Of a DNA stretch of 64,000 nt, positions 1 through 8,612 are shown one piece after another; the first letter of the stretch is position 1; the number at the start of each line of letters is the position of its first letter. The stretch is from positions 896,001-960,000 of the forward strand of contig OZ245817.1 in assembly GCA_965228475.1 (NCBI GenBank). Reading direction: 5' to 3'. Origin of the DNA: Myxococcota bacterium. Its GTDB lineage: Bacteria > Myxococcota_A > UBA9160 > JAFDDA01. The notes under the pieces were generated by a model, which was given only the letters and a program-made list of their open reading frames with translations, was not told the DNA's origin and did not search any database. Made by a program: the position numbers and the translations under genes.

Positions 1-73
1 CGCAGTTCTCGCAGCCGCAGTTCCACTGGGGCAGGCCGCCTCCGGCGCACGAGCCGAGCACGCGGACCTTCAC
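1..73 (-). CDS. pqqB: PqqB-like metallo-beta-lactamase-fold protein, N-terminus only (runs off window edge)
   Basis: Not in ORF track. Minus strand from GTG at 73 reads MKVRVLGSCAGGGLPQWNCGCENC, matching the PqqB N-terminal signature (VLGSxAGGGxPQWNCxCxNC). Confidence 0.75.
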   Translation of the reverse strand, partial: MKVRVLGSCAGGGLPQWNCGCENC

Positions 74-123
74 GGGCTAGCTCGTTCCTGTCGCGACCGA
101 GCGCGCCTTCACGGCCTAGCTCG
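67..123. repeat. Direct repeat (period 39) duplicating the ACAD stop / pqqB start junction
   Basis: ccttcacgggctagctcg (67-84) vs ccttcacggcctagctcg (106-123). Confidence 0.85.
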
Positions 124-1858
124 CGTTCGCGGCTTCGAGGGCGAGCACGCGCGCGTCGCGATCGAGGCGGCCTTCGGCGTTCTCCGCGATGCGGCGGGCG
201 AGCGCCTGGTCGACGATGGCCCGGCGGCGGATGAAGGATTCCGCGACGTCGAGGCGGCTCGGGTCGGTGCCGGCCTGGCGCAGCAGCTCCGCGCCGGCGA
301 TCACGTCGATCACCATCTCCGCGACGAGCTTCGCCCGCATGAGCGCGTAGGAGAGATCCGCGAAGAGCACCTTGGCCGAGTCCTCGACGTGCCCGATGCC
401 CTCGACGAGCAGGCCCGCGAGCGGCGCCCGGGCGTCGTCCTTCATGGCTTCGAGCTCGGCCCGGACCTCGCCGAACACCACGCCCAGCGCTCCCTTGCCG
501 ATCTCCTTCAGCGCGAAGGAGGCCTGGATCTCGCTCGTGCCTTCGTAGACGGTCATGATCAGGCTGTCGGCGTGGAGCTTCGCGACGTGGGCATCCATGG
601 TGAAGCCGATCCCGCCGAAGACCTGCATCGCGTCGCGGGTGACCTCGGTGCAGATCTCCGTCGCGAAGTACTTGCAGAGCGGCGTCAGCAGACGGACGCG
701 GACCTCTTCGTGCTCGAGCTTCGCCTGGAGCTCGCCGCGCTCCGCTTCCGAGAGCCCCTCGCGCAGGAGCGCGCGGCGGCGCGCCTCGTTGCGGTCGGCG
801 ATCTCGACGGCGCGGTAGAGCAGGGCGCGCGCGGCTTCGATGTCGACGCGCATCTTGGCGACCATCTCGAGCACGAGCGGCTGCTTCAGGATCGGCTGGC
901 CGAACTGCTCGCGCGTCTGGGCGTAGGCGTAGGCCTCGGCGAAGGCGGCCTCCGCGATGCCGATGGCCTGGGCCGCGACGCCGAGCCGCGCGTTGTTCAT
1001 CAGCTCGAGCATGGCCCGGAAACCCTTGCCCTTCTCGCCGATGCGCTGGCCGATGGCGCCCTCGAAGACGACCTCGCAGGTCGGCGAGCCATGGATGCCG
1101 AGCTTGCTCTCGAGGCGCGAGACCCGCACGCCGTTCGAGCTGCCGTCGTCCTTGTGGCGCCGCACGACGATCAGCGAGAGGCCGTTGGTCGTGCCCTTCG
1201 ACTCCTCGAAGTTGTCGTCATCCCGGGCGAGCACGAGGTGCACCTCGCCGCCGCCGTTGGTGATGAAGATCTTCTGGCCGTCGACCTGGATGTTGCCGTC
1301 GGGCAGCTCCTTGGCGCGCGTGGTGATGCGGCCGAGGTCGCTGCCGGCCTGGGGCTCGGTCAGGTCCATGCAGCCCTGCCACTCGCCCGAGGTCATGCGC
1401 GGCAGGATCGCCTGCTTGACTTCCTCGTCGCCGAAGACCGCGATGTCCCCGGCGGCACCGGCCTGCAGGCCGACCACGGTCATCAGGCTCGTGTCCGCCC
1501 GCGAGATCATCTCGAGGTACATGATGTTCACGAGCATCGGCAGGTCCGGGCCGCCGTAGGCCTCGGGGACGGGCAGGCAGATCAGGCCGTTCTCGGCGAG
1601 CTGCTGGTAGGCGGCCCGGATGTGGGCCGGCGGTTCGGCGCCGCCGTCGGGGGTGAGCGTCGCCTCCTCGGCCCAGGCCTCCCGGGCCGGCTCTTCGAAG
1701 CTCTCGGCGAGGCTCTCGACGGTCTCGAGGACGGTGCGGTAGGCGCCGGTCTCGGCGTCGGCATCGACGCCTTCGCCCGCCCGGAGGGTGAGCAGGTTCT
1801 CCCAATCGACCAGGCGATCGAGGTAGAGACGCATGGCGGGCGCGAAATACGAGGGCAC
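116..1858 (-). CDS. Acyl-CoA dehydrogenase family protein
   Basis: MDLTEPQAGSDLG, GQKIFITNG, KLGIHGSPTCEV, MNNARLGVAAQ, QVFGGIGF, VYEGTSEIQ motifs. Confidence 0.93.
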   Translation of the reverse strand: MPSYFAPAMRLYLDRLVDWENLLTLRAGEGVDADAETGAYRTVLETVESLAESFEEPAREAWAEEATLTPDGGAEPPAHIRAAYQQLAENGLICLPVPEAYGGPDLPMLVNIMYLEMISRADTSLMTVVGLQAGAAGDIAVFGDEEVKQAILPRMTSGEWQGCMDLTEPQAGSDLGRITTRAKELPDGNIQVDGQKIFITNGGGEVHLVLARDDDNFEESKGTTNGLSLIVVRRHKDDGSSNGVRVSRLESKLGIHGSPTCEVVFEGAIGQRIGEKGKGFRAMLELMNNARLGVAAQAIGIAEAAFAEAYAYAQTREQFGQPILKQPLVLEMVAKMRVDIEAARALLYRAVEIADRNEARRRALLREGLSEAERGELQAKLEHEEVRVRLLTPLCKYFATEICTEVTRDAMQVFGGIGFTMDAHVAKLHADSLIMTVYEGTSEIQASFALKEIGKGALGVVFGEVRAELEAMKDDARAPLAGLLVEGIGHVEDSAKVLFADLSYALMRAKLVAEMVIDVIAGAELLRQAGTDPSRLDVAESFIRRRAIVDQALARRIAENAEGRLDRDARVLALEAANAS

Positions 1859-1953
1859 GGGGGATTCTCCGGTTCGAAGAGGATTGCTGGAAGCCGCGGG
1901 GAGGGCCGATCGGGGGTCCTCCCGCGGGCTACGTAGGGTAGCTTATGCGCCCC

Positions 1954-4900
1954 ATGAGCAATGCCGTGTTCGAGCAGGTCGCCCCCGTCGCGAACTTCCC
2001 CGAGGTCGAGGCCGAGATCGTCGCCTTCTGGCGGGAGCGCGAGATCTTCCGCCGCTCGCTCGAGCGCCGCGCCGAGGGCCCGCGCTGGACGTTCTACGAG
2101 GGGCCGCCGACGGCGAACGGCCTCCCGCACAACGGCTCGGTCCTGACGCGCGTCATGAAGGACGTCTTCCCGCGCTACCGCTCCATGCGCGGCCACCACG
2201 TCCCGCGCATCGCCGGCTGGGACACCCACGGCCTGCCGGTCGAGATCGAGGTCGAAAAAGAGCTCCGCATCTCGGGCAAGCAGGCCATCGTCGACTACGG
2301 CGTCGAGCCCTTCGTGAAGCGCTGCATCGAGAGCGTCTTCCGCTACGTCGGCGAGTGGGAGCGGCTGACGGAGAAGCTCGGCTTCTGGGTCGACCTCGAC
2401 CGCGCCTACGTCACCTACCACGAGGCCTACGTCGAATCGGTCTGGTGGGCCCTCTCCGAGCTCTTCAAGCAGGACCTGCTCTACCAGGGGCACAAGGTGG
2501 TCTGGTGGTGGGCCCAGGGCGGAACGGCGCTCTCGGCGGCCGAGGTGGGCGACGGCTACAAGCAGGTGGACGACCCGTCCCTCTACGTTCGCATGCCGCT
2601 CGAGGACGGAAGCGGCCGGTCGCTCCTCGCCTGGACGACCACGCCGTGGACGCTGCCGAGCAACTGCTTCGCAGCGGTCCGGCCCGAGTTCACCTACGCG
2701 GACGTGCGCGACGGGGAGGACGTCCTCGTCGTGGCCGAGGCGCTCGTGCCGACGCTGGCCGAGAAGGTCGGCCGCGATCTCGCGGTGGAGCGCACCTACC
2801 CCGGCTCCGAGCTGGTCGGGCTCCGCTACACGCCGCCCTTCGACTGGTTCCACGGTGCGAGCGACCGTCCGGGCGGGGAGGACGGCTACTGGCGCGTGGT
2901 CGCCGCGCCCTTCGTCGAGCTCGACGCCGGCACTGGCATCGTCCACGCCGCGCCCGCCTACGGCGAGGTCGACTTCGAGTTGCTCCAGACCGAACGCAAA
3001 GCCCGCGACCTGCCGCTGGTGAACGCCGTCCTGCCGGACGGAAGCTACGAGGCGGGCGTGGCACCGGAGGCCTACGCCGGGCGCTGGGTGAAGTCCTGCG
3101 ATCGGGACCTCATCCGCGAACTCAAGGAGCGCGGCCTCGCCTGGCACGCCGAGACGATCCGGCACGACTACCCGTTCTGCTGGCGGGCCGAGCAGGATCC
3201 CCTGATCCAGTACGCCCGCCCGGCCTGGTACGTGCGCACGACCGAGCGCGTGCAGGAGGCGCTCGCCAACAACGCCGAAGTGAACTGGCTGCCCGAGCAC
3301 ATCCAGGAAGGCCGCTTCGGCGACTTCCTGCGCAACAACGTGGATTGGGCGCTCTCGCGCGAACGCTTCTGGGGCACGCCCCTCAACATCTGGATCAACG
3401 ACGAGACCGGCGCCATGGATGCGCCGGCGTCCGTCGCCGAGATCCTCGAGCGCAACCCCGAGGCCTTCGCGCGCTTCGACGCCGCGAAGGCCGAAGACCC
3501 GGACCTCTCGCCGCATCTGCGCGTGCACAAGCCGTGGATCGACTACGTCACCTGGCAGAAACCCGGCGAGCCCGGCACCTACCGGCGCGTCCCCGAGGTG
3601 ATCGACGCGTGGTTCGATTCCGGCTCCATGCCCTTCGCCCAGTTCGGCGCGCCGCACCGCAATCGGGCCGACTTCGAAGAGGCCTTCCCGGCGGACTTCA
3701 TCTGCGAAGCGATCGACCAGACGCGCGGCTGGTTCAATTCGCTCCTCTGGATCTCGACGCTGCTCTTCCCGGATCAGTCGAAGCCGCACCCCTACCGCAA
3801 CTGCATCGTGCTCGGGCACGTGTGCGACCGGGAGGGGCGCAAGGAGTCGAAGAGCAAGGGCAACTACACGCCGCCGGAGATCATCCTCGACCGCGTGCGC
3901 CTCGAGTTCGCCGTGCTCGATGCCGAGGCGGACCTCCCCGCAGGCCGCGCGCGCATCGGCCGCGAGGACTACGAGGGGCTCGACTTCACCGGCGAGGGTC
4001 AGGCCGTCCGCGTCTACCGCGGCGATGCGGAGGGGGAGGGCGTCGAGCTCGTGCTCGAACCCGCGGCGCTGCCGCGCCGGGTGATCGAACTCTCGGCGGC
4101 GGATCGCGAGAAGCTCGGCGTCGCGGAGGCGCCCCACGGGCGCGAGACCCAGCTCGGCGAGGTGCCCGGCCTGCCCGCGGATCGGAAGCTCTTCGTCGAG
4201 GATCCGAACACGCCGGCGCCCGGGGCCGATGCCTTCCGCTGGTTCTTCTTCGCGGCGAACCCGCCCTGGAACAACACGCGCCATTCCCTCGGCGGCGTCC
4301 GCGCCCTCCAGCGCGACGTCCCGATGAAGCTGCGCAACGTCTACGCGTTCTTCTCGATCTACGCGAACGTCGACGGCTTCGACCCGGCGGACGCGGCCTG
4401 CCGGGAGGGCCGCCGCCCCGCCGGCGAGCGGGCGCTCCTCGACCGCTGGATCCTCTCGGAGCTCGCGCTCACCAACCGCCGCGTGATCGAGCACATGGAC
4501 GGCTACCGGCTCTACGACGCGACCGGCGCGCTGTCGTCCTTCGTCGATGCGCTCTCGAACTGGTGGGTGCGCCGCAGCCGCGACCGCTTCTGGGCCAGCG
4601 GCCTCGGCGAGGACAAGCTCGATGCGCACTGGACGCTCTACGAGTGCATCGTGACGCTCGCGAAGCTCCTGGCACCCTTCCTGCCCTTCGCGAGCGAAGA
4701 GATCTGGCAGAACCTCGTGCGCCGGCCCTTCCCGGAGTCCGACGACGAGAGCGTCCACCTCTGCGATTTCCCGGAGCCCGACGAGAGCCACGTCGACGCC
4801 GCACTCTCCGAGGCCATGGCGCTCGTGCGCGAGATCGTCTCGCTCGGCATGCAGGTGCGGACCGCGGGCAAGCTGAAGGTGCGCCAGCCGCTTTCCGCTG

Positions 4901-5553
4901 CGGAGGTCGTGCTCGCACGTCCCGAGCAGGCGGCGGCGATCGAGTCGCACCTCGAGCTCATCCGCGACGAGCTGAACGTCCACGAGGTCCGCTTCGTTCC
5001 GAAAGCCGACGAGTACGTGAGCTACCGGGTGCAGCCGAACTTCCGGGCGCTCGGTCCGCGGGTCGGCAAGCGCATGCCCGCGCTCAAAAAGGCTCTCGGC
5101 GAGGCCGACGGCGCGAGCCTGCTCGCCCAGCTCGAGGCGGACGGCGAAGTGACGATCGAGATCGAGGGCGAACGCTTCGCGCTGTCTCCCGACGAGATCG
5201 CCGTGAGCCTCGAAGCGAAGGAAGGCTTCGCGGCGGCTGCGGGAAGCGGCGGGGTGGTCGTCCTGCGCACGAGCCTGACCGAGGAGCTCGTGGCGGAGGG
5301 CCGCTACCGCGAGGTCCTGAACCGGGTGCAGACCCTGCGCAAGGAGCTCGACCTCGCCTACACCCAGCGCATCCGGCTGACCCTCGACGGTTCGGCGACC
5401 CTGCTCGACGCCGTGCGCCCGCGCGTCGAGAGCCTGGCCGGAGACGTGCTCGCCGTGGAGGTCGAGCTGGGCGCGGAGCCCGCCGCCGGCGCGCAGGCGC
5501 GCGAAGTCGCCATCGACGGTGAGCCGCTGCGCATCGGCCTCCTCGAGGCCTGA
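1954..5553 (+). CDS. ileS: Isoleucyl-tRNA synthetase, type 2 (eukaryote-like), with variant signature motifs and an insertion
   Basis: FYEGPPTANGLPH, GWDTHGLPVE, WTTTPWTLPSN, GTGIVH, DWALSRERFWGTPL, WFDSGSMPF, FPADFICEAIDQTRGWF, long type-2 C-terminus (KVRQPL). Start could be 1945 or 1954. Confidence 0.96.
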   Translation: MSNAVFEQVAPVANFPEVEAEIVAFWREREIFRRSLERRAEGPRWTFYEGPPTANGLPHNGSVLTRVMKDVFPRYRSMRGHHVPRIAGWDTHGLPVEIEVEKELRISGKQAIVDYGVEPFVKRCIESVFRYVGEWERLTEKLGFWVDLDRAYVTYHEAYVESVWWALSELFKQDLLYQGHKVVWWWAQGGTALSAAEVGDGYKQVDDPSLYVRMPLEDGSGRSLLAWTTTPWTLPSNCFAAVRPEFTYADVRDGEDVLVVAEALVPTLAEKVGRDLAVERTYPGSELVGLRYTPPFDWFHGASDRPGGEDGYWRVVAAPFVELDAGTGIVHAAPAYGEVDFELLQTERKARDLPLVNAVLPDGSYEAGVAPEAYAGRWVKSCDRDLIRELKERGLAWHAETIRHDYPFCWRAEQDPLIQYARPAWYVRTTERVQEALANNAEVNWLPEHIQEGRFGDFLRNNVDWALSRERFWGTPLNIWINDETGAMDAPASVAEILERNPEAFARFDAAKAEDPDLSPHLRVHKPWIDYVTWQKPGEPGTYRRVPEVIDAWFDSGSMPFAQFGAPHRNRADFEEAFPADFICEAIDQTRGWFNSLLWISTLLFPDQSKPHPYRNCIVLGHVCDREGRKESKSKGNYTPPEIILDRVRLEFAVLDAEADLPAGRARIGREDYEGLDFTGEGQAVRVYRGDAEGEGVELVLEPAALPRRVIELSAADREKLGVAEAPHGRETQLGEVPGLPADRKLFVEDPNTPAPGADAFRWFFFAANPPWNNTRHSLGGVRALQRDVPMKLRNVYAFFSIYANVDGFDPADAACREGRRPAGERALLDRWILSELALTNRRVIEHMDGYRLYDATGALSSFVDALSNWWVRRSRDRFWASGLGEDKLDAHWTLYECIVTLAKLLAPFLPFASEEIWQNLVRRPFPESDDESVHLCDFPEPDESHVDAALSEAMALVREIVSLGMQVRTAGKLKVRQPLSAAEVVLARPEQAAAIESHLELIRDELNVHEVRFVPKADEYVSYRVQPNFRALGPRVGKRMPALKKALGEADGASLLAQLEADGEVTIEIEGERFALSPDEIAVSLEAKEGFAAAAGSGGVVVLRTSLTEELVAEGRYREVLNRVQTLRKELDLAYTQRIRLTLDGSATLLDAVRPRVESLAGDVLAVEVELGAEPAAGAQAREVAIDGEPLRIGLLEA

Positions 5554-5571
5554 GGCGCCGCAGCCCGCGGG

Positions 5572-6714
5572 CTAGCTGGTGCTCGGCCCCGGCGTGTCCG
5601 CCCCGGACTCCGGCAGCGTCGGCGGCGCGATGTAGTTCGCATCGACCCGGCCCGTCAGCGATTCGAGGAACGCGAGCAGGAGCCGCGTCTGCTCCGCGTC
5701 GAGCTGGCGGCCGAGCTGGTGCTTCGCCATCAGCCGGACCGCTTCCTCGAGGCTCGCGATGCTGCCGTCGTGAAAGTAGGGCCCGGTCTCCGCGATGTTG
5801 CGCAGGGACGGCACCTTGAAGAAGAACTTGTCCGCCTCGTTGCCCGTCGCCTTGAAGCGTCCGGTGTCCTCGGTCTCGTAGGGCTCGACGAGCCCGAGCT
5901 TCTGGTACATCCCGCCGCCGAGGGCCGCGCCGTTGTGGCACGTGGTGCAGCCGACGTCGAGGAAGATCTCGAGCCCGGCCTGGGCGTCCGCCGAAAGGGC
6001 GGCGTAGTTGCCCTGGAGGAAGTCGTCGAGGGGGCCGGGGGTCATGAGCCTGCGCTCGAAGGCGCCGATGGCGATGCCGACGTTCTCGTAGGTCAGCGCC
6101 TGGCCCTCGGCCTCGGGGAAGGCGGCGGCGAACAGGCCCGGGTAGTCCGGGATCGAAGCCAGAACGGCGAGCACGTCGGCTTCGCTCGCCATGGCCATCT
6201 CGACGGGGTTGAGGATCGGTCCGATCGCCTGGGCCTCGACGTCGGGTTCCCGGCCGTCCCAGAACTGGGCGACGTGCAGGGCGGCGTTGTAGACGGTCGG
6301 CGAGTTGCGGTCGCCCCGCTGGCCTTCGTGGCCGGGCGAGGTCGGCTCGCCATCGACGCCGAAGCGGTCGAGCTGGTGGCAGCTGTTGCAGGAGATGTCG
6401 TGGTTCGCGGAGAGCCGGGTGTCGTAGTAGAGCATCCGGCCGAGGTCGATGCGCTCGGCGGTGAGCGGCCGCTCGGCCGTTTCCGCGTCCGCGGGCAGGA
6501 TCCCGAGCACGGGCTTCGCCCGCTCGGCCAGGGCGCGGGCCTCGGCCGACGTGTCGGCCACCGGCGCAGGCTCCGGGACCGCCGCGGGTTCTTCGCTTCC
6601 GCCGCAGGCCACGAGGCCGGCCGCGGCGAAGGCGGCGAGGGCACCCGCCCGCAGGCAGAGCGGCGTTCGGGCGCTTCGGATCGGTCCATGGTTGCGTGCT
6701 CGGTGGTGCTTCAC
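5572..6714 (-). CDS. Di-heme cytochrome c peroxidase (CcpA/MauG family), probable lipoprotein
   Basis: Two CxxCH (CNSCH, CTTCH), RNSPTVYN, QFWDGR, FKVPSLRNI, PYFHDG; lipobox-like LVAC. Start moved to GTG 6714 after a GGGGAGGA RBS. Confidence 0.92.
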   Translation of the reverse strand: MKHHRARNHGPIRSARTPLCLRAGALAAFAAAGLVACGGSEEPAAVPEPAPVADTSAEARALAERAKPVLGILPADAETAERPLTAERIDLGRMLYYDTRLSANHDISCNSCHQLDRFGVDGEPTSPGHEGQRGDRNSPTVYNAALHVAQFWDGREPDVEAQAIGPILNPVEMAMASEADVLAVLASIPDYPGLFAAAFPEAEGQALTYENVGIAIGAFERRLMTPGPLDDFLQGNYAALSADAQAGLEIFLDVGCTTCHNGAALGGGMYQKLGLVEPYETEDTGRFKATGNEADKFFFKVPSLRNIAETGPYFHDGSIASLEEAVRLMAKHQLGRQLDAEQTRLLLAFLESLTGRVDANYIAPPTLPESGADTPGPSTS

Positions 6715-6803
6715 GACGTCCTCCCCGTGTGAGCTTCGCATCGTAGGCTAAAGTCCCGTCTCGACAAGCGCTCCCCCCCGCGCGGTCACGCTCTGGGGGA
6801 ACC

Positions 6804-8612
6804 ATGTCCGCGGCCCACCGCCACCTCGGCCTGCATCGTCGTCCTCGTTTCGTCTCCGTCCTGCTCGGTCTGGCACTGCTCGTCCTGGGCGGTTTCCCGT
6901 CCGGTGAGGCCGCCGCCCAGGAGGCGGAGCCCGCGGCCGAAGCCGCCGCCCCCTCCCAAGTGGAGGAGGTCCCCTACGACGAGTTCGATCGCGGGACGCC
7001 CCGCGGGAGCGCCGTCGGGTACCTCGAAGCCGCGCGCGCGGACGACTACGAGCGGGCCGCCCGCTATCTCGATCTGCGGCGCATCGACCCTGGGCAGCGG
7101 GCGACCCGCGGGCCTCGCCTCGCCCGGGAGCTCAAGCTCGTGCTCGACCGCGAGCTCTGGGTGCCGGTGGACGAGCTTTCGGAGCGGGCGGAAGGCTTCC
7201 AGTCGGACGGCCTGCCGAAGGACACGGACCGCATCGGCGACATCGCCTCCGAGTCCGGGACCGTGCACGTCGACCTGAAACGGGTTCCCCGGGGAGACGG
7301 GACCCTCGTCTGGCTCTTCTCGGACGAGGTTCTCGCCCGCGTCCCCGCGCTCTACGAAGAGTTCGGCCACGGTCCGCTCGAGCAGTACCTGCCGAAGGTG
7401 TTCTTCGAGACCCGGGTGCTCGAGGTGCTCCTTTGGCAGTGGGCCGCGCTGATCGTGCTGCTCTTCGTGGCGTGGCTGCTCTCGTACGCGGTGGCCGCGG
7501 CGGTGGTCGGGGTGCTGCGCCCCGTCGTCGCGCGCACCGAGACCGACATCGACGACCGCCTGTTCGAGAGCACGCTCCCGCCGCTGCGGCTCGTCGCGGC
7601 GGTCTTCGTGTTCTGGGCAGGAACGCTGCCCCTCGGTCTGAACGTTCCGGCGCGGGAGTTCCTCTCGGCCGCCGAGCGCGCCCTCGTGCTGGTCGCCATC
7701 ACCTGGCTCGTGATCCGGCTCGTGAACCTGGTCGCCGAGATCGTCGAGAAGCGGCTCGAGGCCCAGGGTCAGGAGGAGGCCGTCCCGCTCGTCGCGCCGG
7801 GCCGCAAGGCGGTGAAGGCCGCGATCTACCTGATCACCTTCGTCGCGATCCTCGACAACTTCGGATTCAACGTGACGGCGCTCGTCGCCGGCCTCGGCGT
7901 CGGCGGCATCGCGGTGGCGCTGGCCGCCCAGAAGAGTCTCGAGAATCTGTTCGGCGGCATCATGCTCTACGCGGACCGGCCGATCCGCGTCGGCGACTTC
8001 TGCAAGTTCGCGGGCCAGGTCGGCACGGTCGAGGACATCGGCATGCGCTCGACGCGCATCCGCACGCTCGACCGCACCGTCGTGACCGTGCCGAACGCCG
8101 AGTTCTCGAACCTCCACATCGAGAACTACGCCATGCGGGACTTCATCCGCTTCTACACGGTGCTCGGCCTCCGCTACGAGACCAGCGCCGAGCAGCTTCG
8201 CCACGTCCTCGTCGAGATCCGCAAGCTCCTCTACGCCCACCCGAAGGTCTCGAAGGACCCGGCCCGCGTGCGCTTCATCAGCTTCGGCGCGTACTCGCTC
8301 GACGTCGAGGTCTTCGCCTACGTCACCACGTCGGACTGGGCGGAGTTCGTCGGCATCCGGGAGGACCTGATGCTGCGCATCATGGACCTCGTCGACGCCA
8401 GCGGCAGCGGCTTCGCCTTCCCGTCGCAGACCCTCTATCTCGGGAAGGACGACGGCCTCGACGGCGAGCGCGCCACCGCGGCGGAGGCCGAGGTGCGAGC
8501 CTGGCGCGAGCGCGAAGAGCTGCTCCTGCCGGACTTCCCGGACGCCACGATCCGCGAGCTCGAGGGCCAGCACCCCTGGCCGCCGGAAGGGGCGCCCGCA
8601 AAGCGGACCTAG
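6804..8612 (+). CDS. MscS-family mechanosensitive channel with large periplasmic N-terminal domain
   Basis: Signal peptide, TM segments, LVAGLGVGGIAVALAAQ, DRPIRVGDFC, GTVEDIGMRSTRIRT, VTVPN, FAFPSQT. Confidence 0.92.
   Translation: MSAAHRHLGLHRRPRFVSVLLGLALLVLGGFPSGEAAAQEAEPAAEAAAPSQVEEVPYDEFDRGTPRGSAVGYLEAARADDYERAARYLDLRRIDPGQRATRGPRLARELKLVLDRELWVPVDELSERAEGFQSDGLPKDTDRIGDIASESGTVHVDLKRVPRGDGTLVWLFSDEVLARVPALYEEFGHGPLEQYLPKVFFETRVLEVLLWQWAALIVLLFVAWLLSYAVAAAVVGVLRPVVARTETDIDDRLFESTLPPLRLVAAVFVFWAGTLPLGLNVPAREFLSAAERALVLVAITWLVIRLVNLVAEIVEKRLEAQGQEEAVPLVAPGRKAVKAAIYLITFVAILDNFGFNVTALVAGLGVGGIAVALAAQKSLENLFGGIMLYADRPIRVGDFCKFAGQVGTVEDIGMRSTRIRTLDRTVVTVPNAEFSNLHIENYAMRDFIRFYTVLGLRYETSAEQLRHVLVEIRKLLYAHPKVSKDPARVRFISFGAYSLDVEVFAYVTTSDWAEFVGIREDLMLRIMDLVDASGSGFAFPSQTLYLGKDDGLDGERATAAEAEVRAWREREELLLPDFPDATIRELEGQHPWPPEGAPAKRT

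Noticed and set aside
71..118. Amber read-through fusing ACAD, the mini-ORF and PqqB; or the mini-ORF as PqqA
   Set aside because: A 39-bp duplication explains the in-frame stops; TAG is a common stop in this window; the peptide lacks ExxxY.
1859..1953. T-box riboswitch upstream of ileS
   Set aside because: Spacer is under 100 bp, shared with a divergent gene, and I found no T-box sequence.
3892..4221. IleRS insertion as an intein
   Set aside because: No N-terminal Cys/Ser, no His-Asn followed by Cys/Ser/Thr, no LAGLIDADG-like motif.
1582..4983. 1133-aa minus-strand ORF and other very long ORFs (23110-27297, 46150-50037, 49770-52625, 6786-10007)
   Set aside because: Antisense or off-frame shadows of well-supported genes, expected at this GC content; no motifs, Arg/Ala/Gly-biased.
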